Assembly: GCA_963721455.1 (NCBI GenBank)
Contig: CAVRJG010000015.1
Coordinates: 64,001 to 128,000 of the forward strand
Direction of reading: 5' to 3'
Source of the DNA: an uncultured Methanosarcinaceae archaeon
GTDB taxonomy: Archaea; Halobacteriota; Methanosarcinia; Methanosarcinales; Methanosarcinaceae
Length of the DNA stretch: 64,000 bases
Shown piece by piece: positions 30,693 to 40,723 of the stretch. The notes beneath the pieces were generated by a model that saw nothing but the letters and a program-made list of their open reading frames with translations, did no database searches and had not been told where the DNA came from. Each line of letters opens with the position of its first letter. Positions within the stretch are counted from its first letter, which is position 1. A program made the position numbers and the translations under genes.

Positions 30693-31328
30693 TCAATCAA
30701 TAAACCCCTCTGACGAATCGATAAACGCCTCTAATTTTCTTCGCACTTCATCTAAATCGTGTTTTCCCTCCATGTGCCACACCTCATGTTCTTCAAAATC
30801 GTACAATGTAGATAAAGGCAACGTGTTTTTCTCGTATTTGCTTCTTATTTCAGGATAATTTTCTACGCTCACAACTTCGACAAACAATGCGTTGTTAAAT
30901 TTTGGTTCTGTCAGCAGTAGCTTGCGCATGAAAAATATTAAGTCCTGGCTGTCCTTGTTGCTGATGGATTTGATATTAATACGATATACCAATTTGTTGA
31001 CATAGTACGAAAACAACAAACGTTGCAGGACGGTATTTATTGTCTCATCAGGGTGGATTTTCGCTTCATTGAGTCTGTCATGAAGATCTTGCGTGATTCT
31101 CACATTTTCCGTAGTATGCGAGAGCTCCGGAAACCTCCGCTTCCTGTCGTTAATGACGAAACAGTAGTCACCGTTTTCATGTGTAAGTTGGCAGGTATCA
31201 TCATATCGCGCCAATAATTTTGTGATTATTGTGCCCTTTGACTCCCACCCAATATCACTATCCCTATCTCTACAAAATTCGAGCGCTTCGTACAGCTCTG
31301 CACTGATTTTAATGGTTTTGGTTTCCAT
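30693..31328 (-). CDS. hypothetical protein: two RHH-like modules + Cys-less thioredoxin-like domain
   Basis: TKTIKISAELYEAL...ESKGTIITKLL and TENVRITQDLHDRL...ETINTVLQRLL, with a Trx-fold-like C-terminus. GAGGTG RBS. Confidence 0.7.
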   Translation of the reverse strand: METKTIKISAELYEALEFCRDRDSDIGWESKGTIITKLLARYDDTCQLTHENGDYCFVINDRKRRFPELSHTTENVRITQDLHDRLNEAKIHPDETINTVLQRLLFSYYVNKLVYRINIKSISNKDSQDLIFFMRKLLLTEPKFNNALFVEVVSVENYPEIRSKYEKNTLPLSTLYDFEEHEVWHMEGKHDLDEVRRKLEAFIDSSEGFID

Positions 31329-31886
31329 AGGTGCACCTCAATCTGGAGCATACATTTGGTTAATATATATATAATGTTCGCCAGGGCACTCAAGTAGACT
31401 CCTCGTAAATGCTGTGGCACTCCTCATTGGGCTTTGTTGCAAAAATACTCTTTATCTTCAAGTATTTATTCCGGCGTTAAATCAAACGGGCTTCCTGCTT
31501 TAAGACCTGCGGACCAGCAAATAATGATGCCCAACCAGCCACTTTTGCAACTATCTCTCTTTTCTTTCCTCAGGAGATCCGTAGTACCCTTCTGGACTTC
31601 ATTAATGTCTCAAGGCTGCAAAATTTCAGGACGGATGGATAATTCAGCCCTATTTTTCGCGTCTTTCCTGGCTCAATAGAATAAGAAAAGGAAATCAGAC
31701 ACGTTAGCAGAATAGGCGTGCCTGATGGTGATTAAGCCGGCTGGCAGGGCAGGGAATCCGGCACCGAAAAGAACGGGTAAAAGACGTTATTCAGGGGACC
31801 CGGAATAAGCTTAACGAGCATCAGATATTTCCGGTTTTTTTGGAGTAAGAATTATCGACTCCCATTTATCGCCCTCATCCATAACC

Positions 31887-31923
31887 TTTTTATACAAAGT
31901 ATTATATTAGACGTTATTGTACA
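31887..31923 (+). promoter_or_regulatory. trp operon promoter: TATA-like TTTTATA plus a downstream TRP-box-like TGTACA
   Basis: TTTTTATACA at 31887-31896 and TGTACA at 31918-31923, about 45 nt before the trpC ATG. Confidence 0.45.
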
Positions 31924-31967
31924 CAAATATACTTCAATGATAATTAAACATACGTCAGTGATATTTA

Positions 31968-32771
31968 ATGCACGCTACAATCCTCCATATCCTCAACACA
32001 ACAAAAACCCGCATCCAGGCTTTCGGGCCGCAGAAATGCCCTGAAGTCCTGCGGATGCAGTTTGAGAAAAGGGATTTTCTCTCTGCCGTGGCAGATGCAA
32101 AGGCAGACGGGCGGGTGCCTGTAATTGCGGAGGTCAAGCCCGCATCGCCAGGGAGAACTTTCAGGGACATCCCGCCTGCAACGGCTGCGGAGCTTGCATG
32201 GGAAATGGAAGAAGCCGGAGCTGTTGCAGTTTCGGTTCTTACAGAGCCAGGGGTGTTTAGGGGTTCGCTTGAAAATCTGGATGCGGTCAGAAAAGCCGTA
32301 TGCCTGCCCGTCCTCAGGAAAGATTTCATTATTGACAGGATGCAGCTTGAGGAAGCAGAAAGCGATCTTGTGCTACTGATTGCAGGCATCCTCGGGGAAG
32401 AACTGGATGCCTTTGTCGAGCTTGCCCTTGAAAAGGGATTTGAGCCTGTGGTTGAGGTTCACAACAGGAAAGAACTTTATTCTGCCCTTGAAACCGGAAC
32501 AAGAGTTATAGGGATTAACAACAGGGACTTTGAGACTCTTAAAATCAACCTCAGAACCACAGAGGAACTGGCACCTCTCATCCGGGAATATGACCTCGAC
32601 CACGGAACCAGGCATCTTATAATAAGTGAGAGCGGGATGAACAGCGCCGGGGATGTCAGGCGGGTAATCCAGTCAGGGGCGGACGCCGTGCTGATAGGAT
32701 CCGCACTTATGGAAAGTGATTCTGTTTTTGAGAAAACGAAAGAATTCGTCCAGAGCATTTGCTGGCGTTAA
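31968..32771 (+). CDS. trpC: indole-3-glycerol phosphate synthase
   Basis: IAEVKPASP, SVLTEP..F.GS, LRKDFI, GINNR, SESG motifs. Confidence 0.95.
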   Translation: MHATILHILNTTKTRIQAFGPQKCPEVLRMQFEKRDFLSAVADAKADGRVPVIAEVKPASPGRTFRDIPPATAAELAWEMEEAGAVAVSVLTEPGVFRGSLENLDAVRKAVCLPVLRKDFIIDRMQLEEAESDLVLLIAGILGEELDAFVELALEKGFEPVVEVHNRKELYSALETGTRVIGINNRDFETLKINLRTTEELAPLIREYDLDHGTRHLIISESGMNSAGDVRRVIQSGADAVLIGSALMESDSVFEKTKEFVQSICWR

Positions 32772-32988
32772 TAACTGTTTTTCCAGAGTTTTCGGAGCTT
32801 TCAGCCTGCCGGAATTAAGGTTGAAAAATCCGCCTCAGCTTAAAAATCCATTTCAAAACTAAATTTTGCTTCAATCAAGATATCACAAATCAAGATACTG
32901 GAAATCACGAGATCCAAAATCAGGATACCAGATACGGTATCAAAAATTACGCTATCGGATTACATCAAAAGACAAAGGAGTAATCGAA

Positions 32989-34269
32989 TTGACAGGAACT
33001 AAAACTTCAGAACTTCAGACAAAGGATTCGTACTTAAATGAACTTGCAGGTTCGAAGGAAGGCTCAGAAACCGGCAGGACAACCCAGATAAAAGGAAAAT
33101 ATGGAAAATACGGGGGGCAGTACGTACCCGAAGTCCTCATGCCGGCCTTAGAAGAACTGGAAGAGGGATACGAGCGGTATAAAAACGACCCTGAATTCCT
33201 CGCAGAACTTGACAATTACCTGCGGGACTTTGCAGGCAGAGAGACACCCCTCTATTTTGCCCGGAACCTGAGCAAAAAATACGGATCAAAAATCTACCTT
33301 AAACGGGAAGATCTCGTGCACGGAGGAGCCCACAAGTTAAACAATGCCATAGGGCAGGCCCTTCTTGCAAAATACATGGGGAAAACCAGGTTGATTGCCG
33401 AAACCGGTGCAGGACAGCACGGGACTGCAACAGCTATGGCAGGGGCGAATCTCGGATTTGAAACCGTTGTGTACATGGGTGCCAAAGATATCAGGCGCCA
33501 GCAGATGAACGCGTACCGCATGGAACTCATGGGCACCGAGGTAAAAGCCGTGGAGACCGGCTCAAAAACCCTTAAGGACGCCATTAACGAGGCTTTCAGG
33601 GACTGGGTCACGAACATAGGAAACACCCATTACCTTATAGGTTCGGTTGTGGGCCCCCATCCCTATCCTGTGATAGTCAGGGATTTTCAGAGCGTTATCG
33701 GGCGCGAGGTAAAGGAGCAGATTTTGCAAAAAGAAGGACGTATGCCTGATTCAATTATTGCCTGTGCTGGCGGCGGGAGCAATGCAATGGGGATTTTCCA
33801 TCCCTTTGTCGAGGATAAAGAGGTCAAACTTGTTGCTGTTGAAGCCGGGGGAAAAGCCCTGAAATGTACGGAAAAAGCAGCCCTTCACTCAGCCAGTCTC
33901 TGCGCAGGAGAAGAAGGAATCCTGCACGGGGCCAGGACAAAGGTACTGCAGGACAAAGACGGGCAGATCCTCGAATCCGAATCAATTTCTGCAGGGCTTG
34001 ACTACTCAGGGGTAGGGCCTGAACTGGCTTACCTGGCCGAAAGCGGAAGAGTAACAGCCCGCTACGTTACTGACGATCAGGCCCTTGAAGCTTTCCACGA
34101 ATTGAGCAGGCTTGAAGGAATTATTCCTGCTCTGGAATCTTCCCATGCTCTTGCCTACCTGAAGAAAGCGTCGGAAGCCGGGGAACTGGAAGAGGTAGTA
34201 GTCGTAAACCTTTCCGGAAGAGGGGATAAAGACCTGGAAACTGTCCTGAAGCTGAGGGGAGGAATCTGA
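32989..34269 (+). CDS. trpB: tryptophan synthase beta chain
   Basis: [47 protein letters not shown] motifs. TTG 32989 follows AAGGAG. Confidence 0.96.
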   Translation: MTGTKTSELQTKDSYLNELAGSKEGSETGRTTQIKGKYGKYGGQYVPEVLMPALEELEEGYERYKNDPEFLAELDNYLRDFAGRETPLYFARNLSKKYGSKIYLKREDLVHGGAHKLNNAIGQALLAKYMGKTRLIAETGAGQHGTATAMAGANLGFETVVYMGAKDIRRQQMNAYRMELMGTEVKAVETGSKTLKDAINEAFRDWVTNIGNTHYLIGSVVGPHPYPVIVRDFQSVIGREVKEQILQKEGRMPDSIIACAGGGSNAMGIFHPFVEDKEVKLVAVEAGGKALKCTEKAALHSASLCAGEEGILHGARTKVLQDKDGQILESESISAGLDYSGVGPELAYLAESGRVTARYVTDDQALEAFHELSRLEGIIPALESSHALAYLKKASEAGELEEVVVVNLSGRGDKDLETVLKLRGGI

Positions 34270-34270
34270 G

Positions 34271-35062
34271 ATGATAAGGCAAAAAATCTCAGAGAAATTC
34301 GGCGAACTGAGAGAGAAAAAGGAAGGAGCTCTTATCTGCTACGTAATGGCAGGAGACCCCTCTGCACAGGCAACAGGCGAGATTGTAAAGGCTCTGGCAG
34401 ACGGAGGTGCGGATATCATCGAACTCGGTTTCCCATTTTCAGATCCCGTCGCGGACGGCCCGACCATCCAGGCAGCAGGCCAGCGGTCACTTGCAGCCGG
34501 CATGGATACTCAACGTTATTTTGAGCTCGTTAAAGCCCTTGACGTCCGGGTTCCCCTTGTGTGCATGACCTATTACAACCCTGTATTCAGGTACGGAGTG
34601 GAAAAATTTGTAGAACGGGCTGCAGACTCCGGGATCAGCGGATTGATCATACCCGATATCCCGGTAGAAGAAGCGTCTGAACTGAAAAACAGCTGCGAAA
34701 AGCACGGACTTGACCTGATCTTTCTGGTCGCACCCACGACAACCGGGAAAAGGGTACGGAAGATCCTGGAAAAGAGCTCGGGTTTCCTGTACCTTGTCTC
34801 AAGGCTTGGGGTCACAGGAACCAGGGAAGATGTCTCGTCTTCTACTAAAGAGCTGCTTTCCAGAGTAGAAACCGGACTTCCAAAGGCAGTTGGATTCGGG
34901 ATATCCACGGGAAAGCAGGCTGCAGAAGTCAGAAATGCAGGGGCGGACGCTGTCATAGTCGGCTCGGCTTTTGTCAGGGTTATTGAAGATGGAAAAGAAG
35001 TAAACGAAAAGCTGGAAGCCCTTGCAAGAGAACTCAAGTCCGGCATGCTGAAAGCCAGTTAA
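34271..35062 (+). CDS. trpA: tryptophan synthase alpha chain
   Basis: ELGFPFSDPVADGPTIQ, MTYYNP, GVTG, VGFGIS motifs. Confidence 0.96.
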   Translation: MIRQKISEKFGELREKKEGALICYVMAGDPSAQATGEIVKALADGGADIIELGFPFSDPVADGPTIQAAGQRSLAAGMDTQRYFELVKALDVRVPLVCMTYYNPVFRYGVEKFVERAADSGISGLIIPDIPVEEASELKNSCEKHGLDLIFLVAPTTTGKRVRKILEKSSGFLYLVSRLGVTGTREDVSSSTKELLSRVETGLPKAVGFGISTGKQAAEVRNAGADAVIVGSAFVRVIEDGKEVNEKLEALARELKSGMLKAS

Positions 35063-35203
35063 AGGGGAAAAAGACAGGGAAAAAGAGGGGTCGAAAGGCC
35101 GGTAAATCAAAAACGCTAGCACCAGCGGAAGATTTTGAAACAAATCGCAAAGGGAGAAAAGGAGAAAAGGAGAAAATTGGGGTCTAAAAGGAGGAAGAAG
35201 AAA

Positions 35204-36304
35204 ATGCAGAGATACATTAAAAAGCTGGAAGAAGGCCGGGATCTGAGTTCCGAAGAAGCTGAAGCTGCAGTAGGCAAGATTCTGAGCACTGCATGCGATG
35301 AGGAAATCGGGGCATTTCTGCTTGCCCTGAGGGCAAAAGGTGAAAAGCCCGAAGAAATTGCAGGCTTTGTGAGGGGAATGAAGAAAGCCGCTAATACGAT
35401 CAGGCCCAGAACACCTTTCAGGCTTGTGGATACCTGCGGGACAGGGGGAGACGGCCTTAACACCATTAATGTTTCAACAGCAGCAGCAATCGTGACTGCA
35501 GCAGCGGGCGTGCCTGTAGCCAAGCACGGGAACAGGGCTGTCACCTCAATGTCAGGGAGTTCGGATGTGCTTGAAGCTCTGGGAATCAAAGTTGACCTGG
35601 CGCCAGAACATGTCAGGAAAACGATAGAAGAGATAGGAATAGGGTTCATGTTTGCTCCGGTCTTCCACCCGGCTATGAAGAGGGTTGCAGGGGTCAGAAA
35701 AAAACTCGGTGTCCGTACGGTTTTTAATATTCTGGGGCCCCTGACCAACCCGGCAGGGGCTAAAGGGCAGGTTATAGGGGTTTTTGATAAAAGGCTCTGC
35801 GAACCGATAGCTTTTGCCCTTGCGGAACTAGGAACCGAACATGCCCTTGTAGTGCATGGGGACGGGATGGATGAGATCTCAAACATAGGTGAGACCTATG
35901 TTGCGGAGCTGAAAAACGGAAAGGTTTCAACCTATATCCTGACCCCTGAGTCCCTGGGTATTCTGAGGGCAAGCCCCGAAGATATTACGGGCGGTTCCCC
36001 GAAAGAAAATGCCAGGGATCTGCTGTGTATTTTCAAGGGCCAGAAAGGCCCAAAAAGGGACCTTGTAGTTATGAATGCAGCAGCAGCCCTTTATGTGAGC
36101 GGAATAGTGGGCTCTATCAGGCAGGCAATCCCTATTGCGGAGGATGCCATTGACAGCGGAAAGGTCATGGTTAAATTCAACCAGTTCAGGACTTTTACTT
36201 CGGGGTTTCACAAGCAGAACAATAAGGGCACTTTTCAGGAAAAAGGAGTTCTGGTACCTTCCAAAACTCCCATATTAAGCCCGGCATCTGGGGAGAGGGC
36301 ATGA
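35204..36304 (+). CDS. trpD: anthranilate phosphoribosyltransferase
   Basis: DTCGTGGDG..TINVST, KHGNRA..S.SGSSD motifs. ATG 35204 follows AGGAGG. Confidence 0.95.
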   Translation: MQRYIKKLEEGRDLSSEEAEAAVGKILSTACDEEIGAFLLALRAKGEKPEEIAGFVRGMKKAANTIRPRTPFRLVDTCGTGGDGLNTINVSTAAAIVTAAAGVPVAKHGNRAVTSMSGSSDVLEALGIKVDLAPEHVRKTIEEIGIGFMFAPVFHPAMKRVAGVRKKLGVRTVFNILGPLTNPAGAKGQVIGVFDKRLCEPIAFALAELGTEHALVVHGDGMDEISNIGETYVAELKNGKVSTYILTPESLGILRASPEDITGGSPKENARDLLCIFKGQKGPKRDLVVMNAAAALYVSGIVGSIRQAIPIAEDAIDSGKVMVKFNQFRTFTSGFHKQNNKGTFQEKGVLVPSKTPILSPASGERA

Positions 36305-37017
36305 CAGCGAAATTAAAAACAAGAACAAAAATCTGCGGGATCCGCAGCCCTGAAGAAATAGAACTCGCAGCCCTTTATGGAGCCGATGCAGTTGGCTTTA
36401 TTACGGACATCCCTTTCGAGAGCCCGAGAAAGCTTGATTCGGACACTGCTGCTTATCTTGTCTCCGAAGTTCCCAGAAGCCTGAGTTCCGTACTCGTTAT
36501 TATGCCTGAAAACTCTGTCAGTGCCCTGGAACTAATTGAAAAAATAAGGCCCGATATCGTGCAAATCCATTCCATGCTGCCCCTTCTGGAACTTGAAATA
36601 ATAAAAGAAAAAACGGACATACCTATCATAAAAACCCTATCTGTGCCTGCACAGGGGGAAGCTTCAGGAAAAAAAACCGAGAACACTGCTCTTATTTCCG
36701 ACCTGCTCAAAAAGGTCAGCCTTCTGGAAGAAGCAGACATTATAGACTCCATCCTGCTCGATACCGGAAAGTCCGGAAAGCCCGGAGGAACCGGCTGTGT
36801 GCACGACTGGACCCTTAGCCGGCGAATTTCAGAGGAAACCAGGCTTCCCCTGATCCTTGCAGGCGGTCTCAAGCCCGAAAATGTTCAGGAAGCTATCAGG
36901 GCTGTTTCCCCTTATGCTGTGGACACGGCTTCTGGAGTGGAGACCTGCGGAAAAAAAGATGCCCTGAAAATTAAAAGTTTTATTGAAGAAGTGAGGTGTG
37001 CCAATGCTTTCCTTTGA
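36301..37017 (+). CDS. trpF: phosphoribosylanthranilate isomerase
   Basis: KICGI, GGTG..HDW, LAGGL.PENV, VDTASGVE motifs. Confidence 0.95.
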   Translation: MTAKLKTRTKICGIRSPEEIELAALYGADAVGFITDIPFESPRKLDSDTAAYLVSEVPRSLSSVLVIMPENSVSALELIEKIRPDIVQIHSMLPLLELEIIKEKTDIPIIKTLSVPAQGEASGKKTENTALISDLLKKVSLLEEADIIDSILLDTGKSGKPGGTGCVHDWTLSRRISEETRLPLILAGGLKPENVQEAIRAVSPYAVDTASGVETCGKKDALKIKSFIEEVRCANAFL

Positions 37018-38683
37018 CCTTGGAAAAGAAGAATTCAAAGCGCTTGCGTCGGGGATAAAGCAGCCAGGCCTTATCCAGCTCCTTGCAAGAGTTGATACAG
37101 GCTCTCCTGCCTGTTCTCCTCTTGAACTTTATCGTGCCTTGCGAAACTCAGGGACTTCAGGCTATTCTTATCTTCTAGAGTCCGTAGAAAAACAGGAAAG
37201 TAGGGCAAGGTACTCATTTGTCGGAAACGACCCTGATGCCGTCCTCAAAATAAGTGACCGAAGAATTTCCCTTGAGCTCCTGAACCCGAAAGCCTCAGTT
37301 CTTTTCGAATCTATTTGCTCAAAAATGGAGGAGGTCTGCGGGCCCGAAAACGTAAAAAGAGAAAATCCGGGGATAGAGGAGCCAAAGCTGAAAAACCGAC
37401 AGTTTACGGCTGTAATTCCTAAGGGAAAAGATGTATTTGATGCCCTTCGCCTGGCTTTTCCTCCTGCAAACGGGATGGAACTCTTAAACGCAAAACGTTT
37501 TGATAGGCAGACTTTCCTGGGGGGAGCTATAGGCTATACAGCTTATGATGCAATCTATGACAGCTGGCTCGGGGTTGAAAAAGGCTTTGAGTCCGAAATT
37601 CCCGAACTTCAGTATCTACTGGTCTCAAAAACTTTTGTGTTCGATCATCTGACTGATGAGATCTATATAGCGGTCACTCCCCTCGTAAATCCTGGTTCGG
37701 ATGCCGGAACTCTGTATGAAAAGGCTCTTCTTGAGGCAGAAAGACTTTGCTCCACACTTAAGGAAACTGCCCTGTATGAAGATTCGATAGAAGCAGTAGT
37801 TTCAGACTCATCTAAGACCTCAAATACATCTATTGATTCGGTTTCAACTGCCTCAGGCTCACCCACTTCAATCTGCACCGGCAGACAGAAATTTGAGGAT
37901 TCCGTAGTCCAGGCAAAAGAGCACATTTTTGCAGGGGACATATTCCAGGCAGTCCTTTCCAGGAAATGCGAATTCAGCCTTGAACAATCTCCTTTCGAAC
38001 TCTATATGCAGCTTCGGGCAATCAATCCAAGCCCTTACATGTATATCTTTGAGTTTGGAGACCTGGCAATTGTCGGGGCAAGCCCTGAGACCCTGCTGAC
38101 TGTCCACAAAAGAACTGTGATCATAAACCCGATTGCAGGCACCTGCCCCCGTGGAAAATCCGAAGAAGAAGATGAAACCTTTGCTTCACATATGATGCAT
38201 GATGAAAAAGAAAGGGCTGAACATGTAATGCTTGTTGACCTCGGGAGAAACGATGTAAGGATGGTCACGGAAAGCGGCTCTGTAAAGGTTTCCGAATTCA
38301 TGAAAGTCCTGAAGTATTCCCATGTTCAGCATATAGAAAGTACGGTTTCAGGGACCCTGAGGCCTGAGTGCGACCAGTTCGATGCATTCAGGGCAGTATT
38401 TCCTGCAGGGACGCTCTCTGGAGCTCCGAAAATCCGTGCCATGGAGATTATCTCCGAACTTGAAGCCTTTCCAAGAGGGATTTACGGCGGGGGAGTCGGG
38501 TATTACAGCTGGAACGGGGACGCGGATTTTGCGATCGTGATTCGGACCGTCATTGTACAGGGCAAGAAAGCGTCAGTGCAGGCAGGGGCAGGAATCGTAG
38601 CTGATTCCGATCCGGGATATGAATTCCGGGAAACTGAGCGCAAGATGGCAGCAATGCTTGTGGCTATCGGCGGAGAGCTTTGA
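36998..38683 (+). CDS. trpE: anthranilate synthase component I
   Basis: LLESVE, NPSPYM, PIAGT, KE.AEH.MLVDLGRND, GTLSGAPK motifs. Confidence 0.95.
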   Translation: MPMLSFDLGKEEFKALASGIKQPGLIQLLARVDTGSPACSPLELYRALRNSGTSGYSYLLESVEKQESRARYSFVGNDPDAVLKISDRRISLELLNPKASVLFESICSKMEEVCGPENVKRENPGIEEPKLKNRQFTAVIPKGKDVFDALRLAFPPANGMELLNAKRFDRQTFLGGAIGYTAYDAIYDSWLGVEKGFESEIPELQYLLVSKTFVFDHLTDEIYIAVTPLVNPGSDAGTLYEKALLEAERLCSTLKETALYEDSIEAVVSDSSKTSNTSIDSVSTASGSPTSICTGRQKFEDSVVQAKEHIFAGDIFQAVLSRKCEFSLEQSPFELYMQLRAINPSPYMYIFEFGDLAIVGASPETLLTVHKRTVIINPIAGTCPRGKSEEEDETFASHMMHDEKERAEHVMLVDLGRNDVRMVTESGSVKVSEFMKVLKYSHVQHIESTVSGTLRPECDQFDAFRAVFPAGTLSGAPKIRAMEIISELEAFPRGIYGGGVGYYSWNGDADFAIVIRTVIVQGKKASVQAGAGIVADSDPGYEFRETERKMAAMLVAIGGEL

Positions 38684-38862
38684 GATAAGGTTTGAAGTAA
38701 CTCTGGGATGAAATATATGAAGAAATATTTAGAGAAGGGCCTTTTAGAGAAGGAAAAGCCAGGAAAAAGAATTCCTGGAAATAAAAATTTTAAAAGGGAA
38801 AAGCAAGGAGAGAAGCAAGGAGAAAAAAGTCGGGAAGAAATAAGCTCAGGAGGTGTTTTCAG

Positions 38863-39465
38863 GTGAAGGTGGTTTTCATAAACAACAAAGATTCTTTTGT
38901 ATGGAATCTGGTAGACTATATCTCTTACTTCGAAAAAGATACTCTGATTCTTCCGAATACGGTTTCCTTAGAAGAACTCAGAGAGATAAAGCCTGATGTT
39001 CTGGTTATTTCTCCCGGGCCCGGAAACCCCTCTGACCCGAAGGATATAGGAAATTGCCTGGAAATAATCAGGGAAATGGGCAGGGAAATTCCCCTTCTGG
39101 GAGTCTGCCTCGGGCACCAGGCAATCAATGTGGCCTTCGGCGGGCTGGTCAGGAGAAGCAAGGTCGGGCCAGTACATGGGAAAAGTTCAAAGATCCTGCA
39201 TACGGAATCCGTATTGTTTTCAGCATTTGAAGGGCCATTCGAGGCAGGCCGCTACCATTCCCTTGAAATTGGCGAGCCTGCGCCCGGGATAAAAGTTACT
39301 GCCAGGGCAGAGGACGGGAGCATTATGGCAGTGGAGCATGTGCAGTACCCGATCTATGGTCTGCAGTTCCATCCCGAATCCGTGCTCACTCCCAACGGAT
39401 TAAAAATAATTGAACGTTTCCTGGAAATTTCCAGGAATTATAAAAAAAGACAGACGGCTGTTTAA
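38863..39465 (+). CDS. trpG: anthranilate synthase component II (glutamine amidotransferase)
   Basis: DSF..NL, SPGPG.P, GVCLGHQ, RYHSL, QFHPES motifs. Confidence 0.95.
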   Translation: MKVVFINNKDSFVWNLVDYISYFEKDTLILPNTVSLEELREIKPDVLVISPGPGNPSDPKDIGNCLEIIREMGREIPLLGVCLGHQAINVAFGGLVRRSKVGPVHGKSSKILHTESVLFSAFEGPFEAGRYHSLEIGEPAPGIKVTARAEDGSIMAVEHVQYPIYGLQFHPESVLTPNGLKIIERFLEISRNYKKRQTAV

Positions 39466-39495
39466 ACAGCCAGAAATTTTTCCTGCTTAGCAGGC

Positions 39496-40248
39496 TCATT
39501 TTTCTTTTTTGGCAGCCTCAGTTTCAGGCTCTTGCTCCTCACTTTCTCCTTCTTCCTCGAAGAATTTCTCTTCTGTGAATTCCTCATTAGGCCTGCCTGC
39601 ATAGCCTGCGGGCTGAAGGTTCTGAAGTTCGGCATTTTCGCTTACTGTCTGTGCAATAATTTTTGGATATTTTTCTATCTGCTCCCTTGTTACGAAACCT
39701 GCTGCTTCGGAAGATTTTATAATTTTCTCCCTGGCAATTTTCGCTGCTTTGCTGAGGTCTTCAAGCTGCTGCCTGTTTGCAAGATAATCCATTTCCTCAA
39801 GAGCCAGGGTCGTCCAGAGGGTTACAACCTCCATTTTATTTGCAACAGCCCCTGACCCTATAATCTCAAGGATTTCCACCGCATTTTTTGCAGGCTCAAG
39901 CATCTGGAATTGTGCTGCTCCTTTTCCTATTTCCTGTACGGCTCTTGAAAAAGACCAGAGGGCGTCTGAGAATTTTTTCTCCAGAGCAGGTTCTGCAAGA
40001 GCTTTAAGGACATCTAAAGTCGTGACCGCAACATTTTCGATCCTTTTCTGGATGGCTTTGTTGCCGATGTTGCGGAGTGAGATTACGACTCTCTTTAAAT
40101 CCTTCTCTAGTTTTGCCTCGAGCAACTCTTCCCCGAATTCCCGGAGATACTCAACATTTTGGAGCGCATCATAGTCGTTTTGTTCTCTTATTGCTTGCTC
40201 TCCAGCAGTTCCAAGTTCAATAGCTTTTTGTTCGTTCAGTGAGAACAT
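39496..40248 (-). CDS. hypothetical 23-aa helical-repeat protein (paralog D) with acidic tail
   Basis: N-terminal FSLNEQKAIELG; repeats such as IGNKAIQKRIENVAVTTLDVLKA and IGKGAAQFQMLEPAKNAVEILEI. Confidence 0.8.
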   Translation of the reverse strand: MFSLNEQKAIELGTAGEQAIREQNDYDALQNVEYLREFGEELLEAKLEKDLKRVVISLRNIGNKAIQKRIENVAVTTLDVLKALAEPALEKKFSDALWSFSRAVQEIGKGAAQFQMLEPAKNAVEILEIIGSGAVANKMEVVTLWTTLALEEMDYLANRQQLEDLSKAAKIAREKIIKSSEAAGFVTREQIEKYPKIIAQTVSENAELQNLQPAGYAGRPNEEFTEEKFFEEEGESEEQEPETEAAKKEK

Positions 40249-40609
40249 ATTAAAACCCCTTTCCGGTAAAATCCTGTAAAAAATGCTCGGATTTTAAGAA
40301 TTTAATTATTTATTTAGGTTTACTCTGATATTAGTCTTCCTATAATTTAAAAAATATATCGGTAACTTCAAGGCTTTTATTCCAGAAAGAGCTTTTTAAA
40401 GCCCTGAATATCAAATAAAAAGATCTTAAAAGAGTTATTTGATTGAATAATCAGTTATTTTAATTGAATAGTCAATTATAAAAAATAAATTAAAAAAGTA
40501 GAAAAATAACTTAAAAAATAAACCTGAAACTGCAACAAACACTGCCCAAAACTGACGATCATCTAAAGTAAATAGAAAGAGTTAAATACATTTCCTACAT
40601 AATATATAT

Positions 40610-40723
40610 CATATGAGTAAAAAACTCATGCCGGAATTTTGGCATATTTTTCCTGCATGAGTACTCAACAATTAACCTCCAGGGTGGGAGGAAGGGTTAA
40701 ACTCCTTACCTTCCTCCTACCTG
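40610..40723 (+). ncRNA. candidate structured small RNA
   Basis: GAAAGA-GTTAAATA promoter-like element at 40575-40588, nested stems (ACTCATGC/GCATGAGT) and a long hairpin CAGGGTGGGAGGAAGG...CCTTCCTCCTACCTG. No substantial ORF. Confidence 0.4.

Noticed and set aside
31434-31800. 81-aa ORF and GC-richer stretch upstream of the trp promoter as a leader peptide/attenuator
   Set aside because: It lies upstream of the likely TATA box and has no tandem Trp codons or terminator/antiterminator pair.
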